A stretch of 61,550 bases of DNA, filler included. It is 13 parts of 13 records of this genome, joined end to end, with 100 filler letters (N's around TTAATTAATTAA, not from the genome) between each part and the next. Parts side by side here need not be neighbours in the genome. Positions count along the whole stretch, not along the records: positions 44,089 to 53,138 come from SRR15195285_5298; positions 53,239 to 56,890 come from SRR15195285_5299; 11 more parts are not named here. One strand, given 5' to 3'. Shown piece after piece: positions 44,447 to 53,737 of the stretch. The position numbers and the translations under genes are program-made. Positions within the stretch are counted from its first letter, which is position 1, and every line of letters begins with the position of its first letter. The notes under the pieces were generated by a model that was not told where the DNA came from, did not search any database, and saw only the letters and a list, made by a program, of their open reading frames with translations.

Positions 44447-47400
44447 CTACGGCAGTATTTTGGTCGCGCCACTGCCACTGCCCACCAAGTCAATGACGAG
44501 CGCCAGCAGTGCTTGTGGCTCCAACACGCCGACACGTAGCTCCTCCAAACCGAAGTGCTCTAGCACCGTCAGCGCATCCGCCCACCTCACGTTTTCAGCC
44601 TCGACGAGCGGACGCATATTAGCCTCTAGGCGCACTAGCGCCACTTGAAGCGCATACGGACTCGTCGCTGAGAGAAGCGCCTCCACGAACGCTCCTGGAC
44701 AAGCAATCGCCGCCTGAAGTTCATCCAAGCTGTCGATAAGCTCTAAGACCGGAGTAATTTGTTCCCAGCTGAGACCGATGGCGTCCAGCACCGCCTGCTC
44801 GATCACGGGTTGCAGTCTGGCGATCGCGAATGCTTTGCTCGCCGCGCTTGCCACAGAGAGCAGGTTATCGACGAGTCGCTGCGGGTTCTCGATCGCCGCC
44901 TGTAGCTCGTCCACGGTATCAATGAAGCTCAGCACGGGCACGAAGCTGTCCCACTGCGGCAACTGCACGCTAGCGGTCACACCGTCGACTGTGCCACTGA
45001 CCTTGCCTGCTACCGTCTGCGTAGCATCTCCGAGGATGCCACGCTCAATGAGCAGTGGCGCCAGCACAGGCCGCAGCTTCGCAATCGCAAGTGCTTTGGC
45101 CGCAGGCCCCGACGCTGAGAGCAACTCCCGGACAAAGCTCTGAGGGTTGTCCACAGCAGCCTGCAGCCTGTCGATACTCGTCAGCTGGCTCAACAGCGGC
45201 TCGGCTTGCTCCCATGTCACACCGTGGTCCAGCAAAACCGGCTCCAGCTGCGGCCGCAGCTTGTCCAGCAGTGCGCTTCTCATCACCGGCGCCACCAGCT
45301 CCACGATTCTCGCCACGAACGCCTCTGGGTCTTCGATCGCTTGCTGCAGCTCGGAGAGGCTGCTCACCTTCGCGATCACGCCCTTGGCGTGTTCCCACGT
45401 CACGCCACGTTGCGCTAATGCAGGCTCGCAGACGGACCGCAACGCGTGCAGTGCCTCCTCCTTGAGGTTGATGTCGTCGAGATCGTCGTCAGCCTCGATG
45501 TCCTCGACACCGGTGATGTCGCGAGCCATTGCGCCCGTATCATCGGTGGTGGCATCGTTCTGCTCTTTGCTGTCCTCACCACTGTCTTCTTTCGCATCCG
45601 CCGGGCTATCCAGGGCACCTCGCGCACGCCAGCACAGCAACAGCTGCTTGCAGACACCGACGCACAGACGCAGGAACTGCTTGCGCCCGAGGATCAGCTG
45701 CAGCTGCTCTCTCGCAAGCTCGTGCTCAAAGGTCTCTACCGCTGTTCCAGGGCAGCAGCAGAAGTACCTGCGACATCTCGCCAGGCACAGACCCTTCCAT
45801 GGACTCGATGCAAGAATCCGAACACGCACCGTGATGGTATCGTCTGTGCTGCTCAACACGGTTGCAATGTGCCCGCAGCTCCGCAGGCTCTTCGGACAAT
45901 CTAGGATGCGTGCCCGGTCTCCTTTCGCCAGCGGATCGGATGCACTGTCGGCCCACTCTGACGCAAGCCTGTGGAGACCGAGGACGACAGCGATGGCCGT
46001 CGGAGCAAGAGCAACAATGACGTTGCTCCCCACCAGCGCTGTATCGTAGAACTCTCGCGCCAGCCACTCGCCCGTCAGGTTTATCTTGAGCATCAGTAGG
46101 CAGAGCAACGTGAAGAACAGATTGGCCTCCGAGATCAATGCGGTGCAGTCCGTCTTGCTGTTTTTGTAAGGAGTGCAACGGCTGAGCACTGCGAAGAAAT
46201 AGAACGACACGATCAGACCAACGTAGAGCTGCGCAGTCGACCCTGGCGACGCAAACACAAGCACGCCCGAGAGCACGAACTTCTTGCCATAGTGCACTAA
46301 CTCGTACCAGAAATAGCGGGGCTCGTAGGCGCGAACGAGGAAACGGTATTCTTCTGGTCCACCTTCCCACCACGTCGTCTTCGCCACCCCACTAGTGCCA
46401 TTGCGATCTTTAGATGAAGCACAAACGATGGCAGTTTCGCTCTCACGCAGCTCCTCGGTGTTGTGCCCGTGCTGGCGATCGTGTTGATACGTGGCCGTCT
46501 TGCTCACTTTGTGCGCCATCTGCGCTGCATTTGACTCAAGCATCTTTGGCTTGACCATTTCGATCTTCCAATCCTTGCTTATCTCCGGCAGCTCGACGTG
46601 TTTCTCTTCCAGCAGCCAGCGTCGACTATGGATTGTCGCCAATGCTGCAAGCTTCGCATGCTTAACCTGGAAAAACGTCACCAGGCACCAATTCTTCTGA
46701 GGTGCTAGCCTTTCCCGGATCACAACGTCCTTCACTAAGTCGTCGTGCTCTTCATTGCCGCCGAGCGCCTCAAAGACTTCTTTCACCTGCGCCTGATCGA
46801 TTCCTTGCTCCAAGTTCCCCACCCATATCGTGCGGATATCACTAACAGCGGCAGCTTCGCTCCCACGCAGCTCCTCGCTGCCTGCCGCAACCTTACTCTT
46901 GCTTGCGGAAGAAAGTACATTTTGGAGTGCGCTCCGCCACAGCTCTTCCGACGAGACCTCGCCAGAGTTGTCAACGTCGATCAGAACATACGCGCAACGC
47001 AGATCGGCGTCGGTGAGCGATGTGTCCTTGAGAACACTGCGTGCCGTCGTAGAGAAGACCTCGAATGAGATGGTCTCCTCCGGACAGCTGCCAAGACGAG
47101 AGCGATTCTTGAACAGCACGTACGCAAATCCGACAGGCACGCCTATCGGGACCAGAACCAATGCGACGAGCGCCGCTGCAAAGAGCAGCTTGTAGTCAGT
47201 GCTGTTGCAGTCGATCGATGCGTCATAGACATGTACTGATTGGTCAAAGTCGAGGGTTCTGCATGAGAACACAGAGAAGATAGTGGTTGATACTGAAGGA
47301 TAAATGAGGAAGATGATCAGGAGGATGATCTGATTTGCCTTCGAGCTACGGCCGTGGGGATGAAATACCGAACCCGCCTCGCCTGCCGCCAAGACTTGCA

Positions 47401-50400
47401 CCTTCGACCGACCTGTTCGGCCCCAGAGAGAAACGCAAGCAATCACAGCGGCTGGACCAATGAGCATGAAGATGAAGCGCCGATGCAGCCCAACCGTCGC
47501 CAAGCAGTCGACCGAGAATGCGCTCAGTGCATCCAGGTTGACCGCAGGCAAGACGTTCAACAATTGCTTCATATTCGCACACAAAGGACAGCTGAACTTT
47601 AGCGTGATAGGCAGCTGTGCGATGATCTGCAGATTGCTTATCGCGATCTTCAACGTGTCCAACGTGGCCTGCAAAGCTCCTTCCTCCTGGTCGTTGTGGT
47701 CGTCCATCGCGTGTTCCTGCCCACTCTGGATCTTGCGTGCTTGCGCAACAGCTGAGCGCGCCAGAGCGTACTTTGCCCGCATGCTGTCAAGACGGCCTTG
47801 CATCTCCTCCGCCTTCTTCTTTAGACGTGCGTACAAACAACCGACCAAAGCGAGCAGGATCAGCAGCCCAACTGCTGGGACTCTCCAGTCGCTGGCTGTG
47901 CACGGTTCACAGAGCTGTCCGAAGCTTCCATTCCAGTCCGGAGCGCACGCGCCACACAGGCTGCCCTCGTGACCCTCGGCGCACTGGCCGTTGAGCCGAG
48001 CAGTCGCTGTCGAGGCCAGGCGCCTCGCGTTGCCCGCAGACGAGGCATTTGCAGCAACGTTGGCCCCGCAGACTTCTCCATCCACAGCACAGCGAAACAC
48101 CGATCGCGGACTCAGCTCTGGTGCAGGGACGTCCAGCCCGCCCCCCCAGATCTCCAGTCCTTTGGGTGACAGGCTCCAGCCAGGCAGAAGTGTCGGCGGG
48201 GAGCCTATGTCGCACTTGACGCACGCGGGGCACCGCACACATTCTTGGCCCCCGTCATGCTGCACCCGCATCGTGGCGTAGGCTTCGGAATCGAGCCTGT
48301 CGCTGTGGTAGTCACTATCGAAGCAGAAGATCAGGCCGTGGCTGCCGTTGAAGTACTCCGCATTGCAGACGCAGGACGTCTTGGTGGCATCCGGCCGCTG
48401 GCCAACGGGACACTTGACGCACTGTGTCGCGCCCTCCATGGCTGTGGGATCGCCGTTTTCGTCACCTGTCACGCGGCCGGAATCCACACACCTCGAGCAA
48501 TTTGTCCGACCTGCAGCAGCGTACCTGCCGACTGGGCATAGCGTGCAGCCATCACTGTTAGCAGTCGGCTGCTTGCCTGCATCGCACGAACTGCACGAGA
48601 TGTGATCAGAATTTGCGACTTTCCCTTCTTTGCACTTGCTGCACACTCCGTCAGTTGAGACCTGATTTCCCACACAGCTCTCGCAGCCGGTGGAAGATAC
48701 ACCATGCGTCGGAGGCAAAATAGGACCCTTGCCAGCTGGACACTTCACGCACTGTACTGCTCCGTCCATGGCTGTGACGTTGCCTTGTTCGTCACCTGTG
48801 ACGTGGCCGAAATCACACAGGGAGCACTCGCTCCTACCCTTGAGAGCGTACCGGCCAGCTGGGCAGTTATCACAGCCACTGGGAGGATCGCCATCTGGAC
48901 GCTGCCCGGCCGGGCATGGGTTGCAGGAGGTCCTGTTGTTAGACACAACAGCAGGGTACCTGCAATTCTGGCATACGCCAAGCCCATAACGCCCGGGCTC
49001 ACACGGCTCGCACGCTGTCTGGTTGGCGTTTGGGCCGTCGCCAGGGTCGCATGGGACGCACTCGATGCTGCCCGGAAGACCTGTGTCGGGATCTCGCCAC
49101 TCCGGTTCGCCTGTTTTGCTGTTCGTTCCCGTGTTTTTCTCTGATCGCCCTGACACGTAGTTCTTGGAAACCGTACGGTCTGGGCATCGTTGACAAAGCA
49201 GACTGTACCGCGTGTACGTGCAGTTGTGGCCGAGGGGGCAAGGATGCTGCTCGCATCCTGCCAGCCGCCCCGTAATGAAAACAGGTTCACTACCCTCGGA
49301 TTCCGCCTGGTCCCATGGAGCAAAGGTCGTGTCGTAGATTTTCAAGCTAACCGGTGTTTCCAAGTACAGCGCGTCGCCCTTGACGCCGTCTTTGACTGCA
49401 TTCGCTTCAAACTCGCTCGCAGAAATGCGGACGTTTGTGCCGTATGCACGAATGGCGCCGCCTTCACCGCCAGGCTGGTGGCGCGGGAAGTAGTACCCAG
49501 CCATTATGTAATTTCTAGGGTCTGCGCAGGCATTACCGCGGAACACACAGCACACAATCTCGAGACGACCTCCGTCTGTATATATCGCACCACCGTAGCC
49601 AAACGGTGCCTCGTTTTGAATAAATGAAGAGTTGGTGATGCGCACGTCGGAGTCGATCGCCCTGATCGCGCCGCCGTGCTGTCCTTCGGCGCAATACAAT
49701 GAAATACCCCCCCCATGAGCCTCACATCTCTCTACATTCCCATCGTTTCCCAACATCACGTTGCGCACGAACGCTGAGGACTCGATGCGCACGTCGGAAT
49801 TCACAGCTTGGATGGCTCGGTAGTTTTGGTCCTCGAAGACCGAGAACTCAACGCGGAGGTCCGTGCTGCAAACTTCAATCGCTGGTTCTGGCGGGTTGGC
49901 ACGTCGCAAGCTCACGAACCGGACCACGAGGACAGAACGGTCCGTGTAGGGAGCGGTACGAACCTCGCCCTCTCGAAACTGCCCTGGATACAAGCAAAAT
50001 TCGCCAGCTAAGGCATCTTCGTGCACAGCTTCCGGTGTTGTCACACCTTCAGGTCTGCACTGGTTACGGTTGCACCGGGGGCCTACCTGGATACTCCGCT
50101 CCGCTGCGAGGCTGGCCCCGATCCAACCATCGGCCAATCGATCGGCGTCCCAAACATTGGTCAGCTCCGGCAACGCGTACGTCAGACCGGGCGCTACACC
50201 GTCTATCGAGGTGTCGGTCGGCCACTGTGTCGGTGCGCTAGGCAGCTGATCCACGGTTTGGTTGCCCGGTTGCCAGTGCACCGGTGGGCGCCCTTGGATG
50301 ACCCACGAGCCACCGGCGCTGAGCATGGCATTCTGCCCGCCGAACGGCGCTGCATCAGGCCAGGCGCTCACGCACGCCCATCCGCCGTTACCGGTGCCAA

Positions 50401-52750
50401 AGTAAGCAAGCGCGACTGCACCAAAGATCCAGCACTGCGTGTCGCTGCTTAGATTCAACGCCTGCTGGAGCCCAGCGCAGTCGTACTCACAACGCCCCGA
50501 GTCTACCGTGGCGTTGGGGTCGTAATTGCTCGCGGCAGAGTCCGTGCAGCCTAAGGAGGGCATGCATGTGTACGACGCGGTCACTGCATCGCCAGATGCG
50601 GTCACATTTCGGATAAGGGTGGATTGATCGCCTGACGTTGTCCGCGGTGCCGAGTGAAACTCCACCCGTAGAGAAGACCCGCCCGCAACGACGTCATCCG
50701 GTAGCCTCCTCCCCCAGAGCATGACGGGCCGTCTGTCCATTACTGTCCACGGGCTGTGTTCAGGTCCGTTGGTGTTGTCCCAGCACTGGAAACAAGTCCA
50801 GTAGTCGTCGCAGTAATAGTTTGGGCGAACATACATCCATGACCCGAGACGAGGGCCAAATTCAACCGCTGGGTCGCCGTCATAGATCCGCACGTGATCG
50901 CGTCGGTCGGCGTGCGGTACGTCGCCTGTTGCCATCCAATTCTGATCGAGCAGGAAGCGGGAGAAGCTGAGTACAGGGACCTCGCCCGCGTCGCACGTCA
51001 GCTCCCAGGTGCAGTGCTCGTCCGAACCGTACAGGTTCGACTTGCTAAACGTCCCGCCACTTGAAAGTGTCACCCCCCCTGGATGCTCGGGGCACAAAGG
51101 GGTCGCCGCGACGTAATGGTATCCGTCACCCGCTGCGTTGCAGGTTACGCTGCCACCGAGATAACCTGCCTCCGGAGTCACGCTGCAGGTTTCGCCGGGC
51201 ATGTTCGCCTGGTCACAGCTACTGGCATCGACCGTGAAGTGGCACGCATCCCCACCACACAGCGTGCTCGTATCCACCAGTTCGATAAGGTCACACGCAG
51301 TGCAGTCGGTAGTCGGGCCACTATGGACGCTGGTGCCGGTGTACCCGTCTAAACACTGGCACTCGTAATCTGCACAGCGTGTCGTGGTGCATACTTGATC
51401 TGTGGTCACGCACTGCGCATTGCTTCCGCACGGAGGGCTATCGGAGCAGGACGTGTCCTCACGGCAAGAGTAAAGGGCTCCGAAACCCACGCCACTACCA
51501 CTCGATTCGAATGTTATGAAGGCCACGTTGCCGCTCGACACCCATTCAGGCGGGACATTCTCGCCTGGCGCCGCAACACAGTTATAGCATCCGCTGTCGC
51601 AGCACGTCCTGGAGTACATGGCCCAATAAGCTGCAGATGCGTCGTCGCCGTCGTAGATCTTGACGCGGTGGGACCATGATGCGGTGTTGAACGTCTGCCA
51701 CGTGATGATCGGAATCAACCCGTCCCCGCAGGTCACCAACCAGCTGCAATCCTCGGCAGTGTAGCCACCGAGCAGGCCGAACGCGCCACTGCCACTCAGC
51801 GTCGCCCCTCCGTCGACGCACCCAACGGCCGAGTGCGCCGCCATGTAGTCGTAAGTGCCGTCCCCCACCACGTTGCAAGTTACGCTGCCGCCGAGATATC
51901 CAGCCTCCGGAGTCACGCTGCAAGCCTCACCGGGCATATCCGCCTGGTCGCAGCTATCAGTGTCGACCGTGAAGTGGCAGGCGCTCCCATCGCACAGCAT
52001 GGTCGTGTCTGCCACCTCAACTCGATCACACTGAGCTTGGCAGAAATATGAAGCCACAAACCCGTCGCCAGTGGTGTCACCGTCGGAGATGAAGCGGACG
52101 AGCAGATCGGTGCTACTCCCTGCAACGTCGGTCTGGGGGACGTCGGAGTTGTGATACCTCGCCAGCTCTGTGGCGAACGAGGTGGTGCCGTCGTGGACTG
52201 TGACGAAGTCGGTTGAGTCGAAGTCGATTTCGAAGAAGCACGAGACATAAGAAGAGGAGCCGGTGCTGCCTGTCATTCCGAACTCGGCGTAGCAGGACGT
52301 TACGTCGCTGTACGAGCTTACCCGAGAACTAGCGCCGTTTGCGGACGGACGTTGAGACAGGACCGTAGCGAAGCACTCCTCCCGCGTGAAAGATCCCAGG
52401 CTCTCCTCTGTTCCGCCCGTGCCATCGTTCGGCACCCATGCGCATAAAATCCCGCCGGCTGGCAGTGCAAAGCTGGTGAAGGGGGCGGCGAGCACTGGCA
52501 CCTGGTCCTGGCCACAAGACAACAGCCAGGTGCAATCCACGTCGTTGTCGTAGCCGCCGGAGTTCCCGAACGAGCCGCCGCCGCTCAGGGTCGCCCCGCT
52601 GCCGGCGGCGCAGGGTTCACCAGTCTGCTGCGCCCGCCGGTGGTGGCCTGCGGAGGTCGCCAGAGTGGCGTCCACCGGCGGCTTCGAGTCAAGCGCCGTC
52701 ACCACACAGCAGATGGTCCCGCCGACGATTGCCAGCGCCTGCCTCTTCAT
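44447..52750 (-). CDS. Giant intronless receptor-like protein (2767 aa): CUB x3, EGF, Pmp-like beta-helix, Cys-rich repeats, multi-pass TM region with EF-hand + RRM, C-terminal helical repeats
   Basis: Signal-like MKRQALAIVGG; CUB YDNDVDCTWLL...VRFISDG...GFVASY; GGAI/FxxN repeats; LKIAISNLQII, FLIYPSVS, YEPRYFWYELV; DVDNSGEVSSEE; TIWVGNL...WCLVTF. Confidence 0.88.
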   Translation of the reverse strand: MKRQALAIVGGTICCVVTALDSKPPVDATLATSAGHHRRAQQTGEPCAAGSGATLSGGGSFGNSGGYDNDVDCTWLLSCGQDQVPVLAAPFTSFALPAGGILCAWVPNDGTGGTEESLGSFTREECFATVLSQRPSANGASSRVSSYSDVTSCYAEFGMTGSTGSSSYVSCFFEIDFDSTDFVTVHDGTTSFATELARYHNSDVPQTDVAGSSTDLLVRFISDGDTTGDGFVASYFCQAQCDRVEVADTTMLCDGSACHFTVDTDSCDQADMPGEACSVTPEAGYLGGSVTCNVVGDGTYDYMAAHSAVGCVDGGATLSGSGAFGLLGGYTAEDCSWLVTCGDGLIPIITWQTFNTASWSHRVKIYDGDDASAAYWAMYSRTCCDSGCYNCVAAPGENVPPEWVSSGNVAFITFESSGSGVGFGALYSCREDTSCSDSPPCGSNAQCVTTDQVCTTTRCADYECQCLDGYTGTSVHSGPTTDCTACDLIELVDTSTLCGGDACHFTVDASSCDQANMPGETCSVTPEAGYLGGSVTCNAAGDGYHYVAATPLCPEHPGGVTLSSGGTFSKSNLYGSDEHCTWELTCDAGEVPVLSFSRFLLDQNWMATGDVPHADRRDHVRIYDGDPAVEFGPRLGSWMYVRPNYYCDDYWTCFQCWDNTNGPEHSPWTVMDRRPVMLWGRRLPDDVVAGGSSLRVEFHSAPRTTSGDQSTLIRNVTASGDAVTASYTCMPSLGCTDSAASNYDPNATVDSGRCEYDCAGLQQALNLSSDTQCWIFGAVALAYFGTGNGGWACVSAWPDAAPFGGQNAMLSAGGSWVIQGRPPVHWQPGNQTVDQLPSAPTQWPTDTSIDGVAPGLTYALPELTNVWDADRLADGWIGASLAAERSIQVGPRCNRNQCRPEGVTTPEAVHEDALAGEFCLYPGQFREGEVRTAPYTDRSVLVVRFVSLRRANPPEPAIEVCSTDLRVEFSVFEDQNYRAIQAVNSDVRIESSAFVRNVMLGNDGNVERCEAHGGGISLYCAEGQHGGAIRAIDSDVRITNSSFIQNEAPFGYGGAIYTDGGRLEIVCCVFRGNACADPRNYIMAGYYFPRHQPGGEGGAIRAYGTNVRISASEFEANAVKDGVKGDALYLETPVSLKIYDTTFAPWDQAESEGSEPVFITGRLAGCEQHPCPLGHNCTYTRYSLLCQRCPDRTVSKNYVSGRSEKNTGTNSKTGEPEWRDPDTGLPGSIECVPCDPGDGPNANQTACEPCEPGRYGLGVCQNCRYPAVVSNNRTSCNPCPAGQRPDGDPPSGCDNCPAGRYALKGRSECSLCDFGHVTGDEQGNVTAMDGAVQCVKCPAGKGPILPPTHGVSSTGCESCVGNQVSTDGVCSKCKEGKVANSDHISCSSCDAGKQPTANSDGCTLCPVGRYAAAGRTNCSRCVDSGRVTGDENGDPTAMEGATQCVKCPVGQRPDATKTSCVCNAEYFNGSHGLIFCFDSDYHSDRLDSEAYATMRVQHDGGQECVRCPACVKCDIGSPPTLLPGWSLSPKGLEIWGGGLDVPAPELSPRSVFRCAVDGEVCGANVAANASSAGNARRLASTATARLNGQCAEGHEGSLCGACAPDWNGSFGQLCEPCTASDWRVPAVGLLILLALVGCLYARLKKKAEEMQGRLDSMRAKYALARSAVAQARKIQSGQEHAMDDHNDQEEGALQATLDTLKIAISNLQIIAQLPITLKFSCPLCANMKQLLNVLPAVNLDALSAFSVDCLATVGLHRRFIFMLIGPAAVIACVSLWGRTGRSKVQVLAAGEAGSVFHPHGRSSKANQIILLIIFLIYPSVSTTIFSVFSCRTLDFDQSVHVYDASIDCNSTDYKLLFAAALVALVLVPIGVPVGFAYVLFKNRSRLGSCPEETISFEVFSTTARSVLKDTSLTDADLRCAYVLIDVDNSGEVSSEELWRSALQNVLSSASKSKVAAGSEELRGSEAAAVSDIRTIWVGNLEQGIDQAQVKEVFEALGGNEEHDDLVKDVVIRERLAPQKNWCLVTFFQVKHAKLAALATIHSRRWLLEEKHVELPEISKDWKIEMVKPKMLESNAAQMAHKVSKTATYQHDRQHGHNTEELRESETAIVCASSKDRNGTSGVAKTTWWEGGPEEYRFLVRAYEPRYFWYELVHYGKKFVLSGVLVFASPGSTAQLYVGLIVSFYFFAVLSRCTPYKNSKTDCTALISEANLFFTLLCLLMLKINLTGEWLAREFYDTALVGSNVIVALAPTAIAVVLGLHRLASEWADSASDPLAKGDRARILDCPKSLRSCGHIATVLSSTDDTITVRVRILASSPWKGLCLARCRRYFCCCPGTAVETFEHELAREQLQLILGRKQFLRLCVGVCKQLLLCWRARGALDSPADAKEDSGEDSKEQNDATTDDTGAMARDITGVEDIEADDDLDDINLKEEALHALRSVCEPALAQRGVTWEHAKGVIAKVSSLSELQQAIEDPEAFVARIVELVAPVMRSALLDKLRPQLEPVLLDHGVTWEQAEPLLSQLTSIDRLQAAVDNPQSFVRELLSASGPAAKALAIAKLRPVLAPLLIERGILGDATQTVAGKVSGTVDGVTASVQLPQWDSFVPVLSFIDTVDELQAAIENPQRLVDNLLSVASAASKAFAIARLQPVIEQAVLDAIGLSWEQITPVLELIDSLDELQAAIACPGAFVEALLSATSPYALQVALVRLEANMRPLVEAENVRWADALTVLEHFGLEELRVGVLEPQALLALVIDLVGSGSGATKILP

Positions 52751-53138
52751 TCTATCCGTCGCGGTCCGCCACCGCGGTGTGGTTCTAGCCGCTGGAGCTA
52801 CCGCGATCCTCGCCGCCCAGCGTGCAGTCGTGGGACCGCCGGGTGTACGCCGGCCGCGCCCGTGCACTCCGCGTTCGCTGCTTCGGTCGACCACACCCGC
52901 GAGTGACGCTCGCACGACCCGCAAAGGCGGATGTACCTGCCAGGTGGCCCTAGCTCGCGCCCACCCAGAGCCCACGCTCTAGCTCTCGGAGTCCTCGAAC
53001 TTCGTTTGCTTTCGGAAACCGACGTCGCGCGCCGGTCGCGTCGTCGTCCCGCCGCGCGGCGGCACACGCCCCCGCGCGGCGCTCGGTCGACTCGGGCCGG
53101 GGACATTAGATGTTTTTGCATTTTGGCGAGGCGGGGGG

Positions 53139-53238
53139 NNNNNNNNNNNNNNNNNNNNNNNNNNNNNNNNNNNNNNNNNNNNTTAATTAATTAANNNNNN
53201 NNNNNNNNNNNNNNNNNNNNNNNNNNNNNNNNNNNNNN
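53139..53238. other. Artificial contig-joining spacer
   Basis: N44-TTAATTAATTAA-N44. Confidence 0.98.
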
Positions 53239-53365
53239 TCGTCGTCATGCTCCCCTTCGCGCACGCCGGCGCGCGGCGAGAAATCGCGACGGATGCGCGT
53301 GCATACACGCGGCGTGCCGGCGTGGGGCGCGCGTGGCGATGGCGATGGCGCTGCTACTTCCCGTA

Positions 53366-53549
53366 GGACTGCTCTGTAGGGACCCAAACCGGTGTATTGT
53401 ATACGTACAGACCCAGTGGGAGGGCTAGTAGGGTGGGGTGGCCACTGCCCGGGGGACTGCTCTGTAGGGACCCAAACCGGCGTTACATTCCACTATACGT
53501 ACTGGTACAGACCAGGTGTGGGAGGGCTAGTAGGGTGGGTGGCCACTGC
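53366..53549 (+). repeat. Tandem ~85-95 bp direct repeat upstream of the Nudix gene, each copy containing a G-quadruplex motif
   Basis: GGACTGCTCTGTAGGGACCCAAACCGG...GGGAGGGCTAGTAGGGTGGG(G)TGGCCACTGC at 53366-53448 and 53454-53549. Confidence 0.88.
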
Positions 53550-53737
53550 ATCAGCTGGCGTCGAGGCACTTTATCTGTCTCCACTCTGTTCTCATACCGC
53601 CAGTGGTGTTCATCTTCAGGAACGCACTTGCGTCCCTCGATAGGCAGCCGGAGTGTACAGACAAGTCCAGCGCGAGCGCAAATCCGCTGCTAGCGAGCGA
53701 GGTGTGAGCGTGGGACGGGGGCAGGAGCTCGCTGGGC

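Noticed and set aside
52751-52975. 75-aa N-terminal extension of the 2842-aa ORF
   Set aside because: Non-ATG start and Arg-rich, non-coding-like sequence; the ATG at 52750 gives a signal-like peptide
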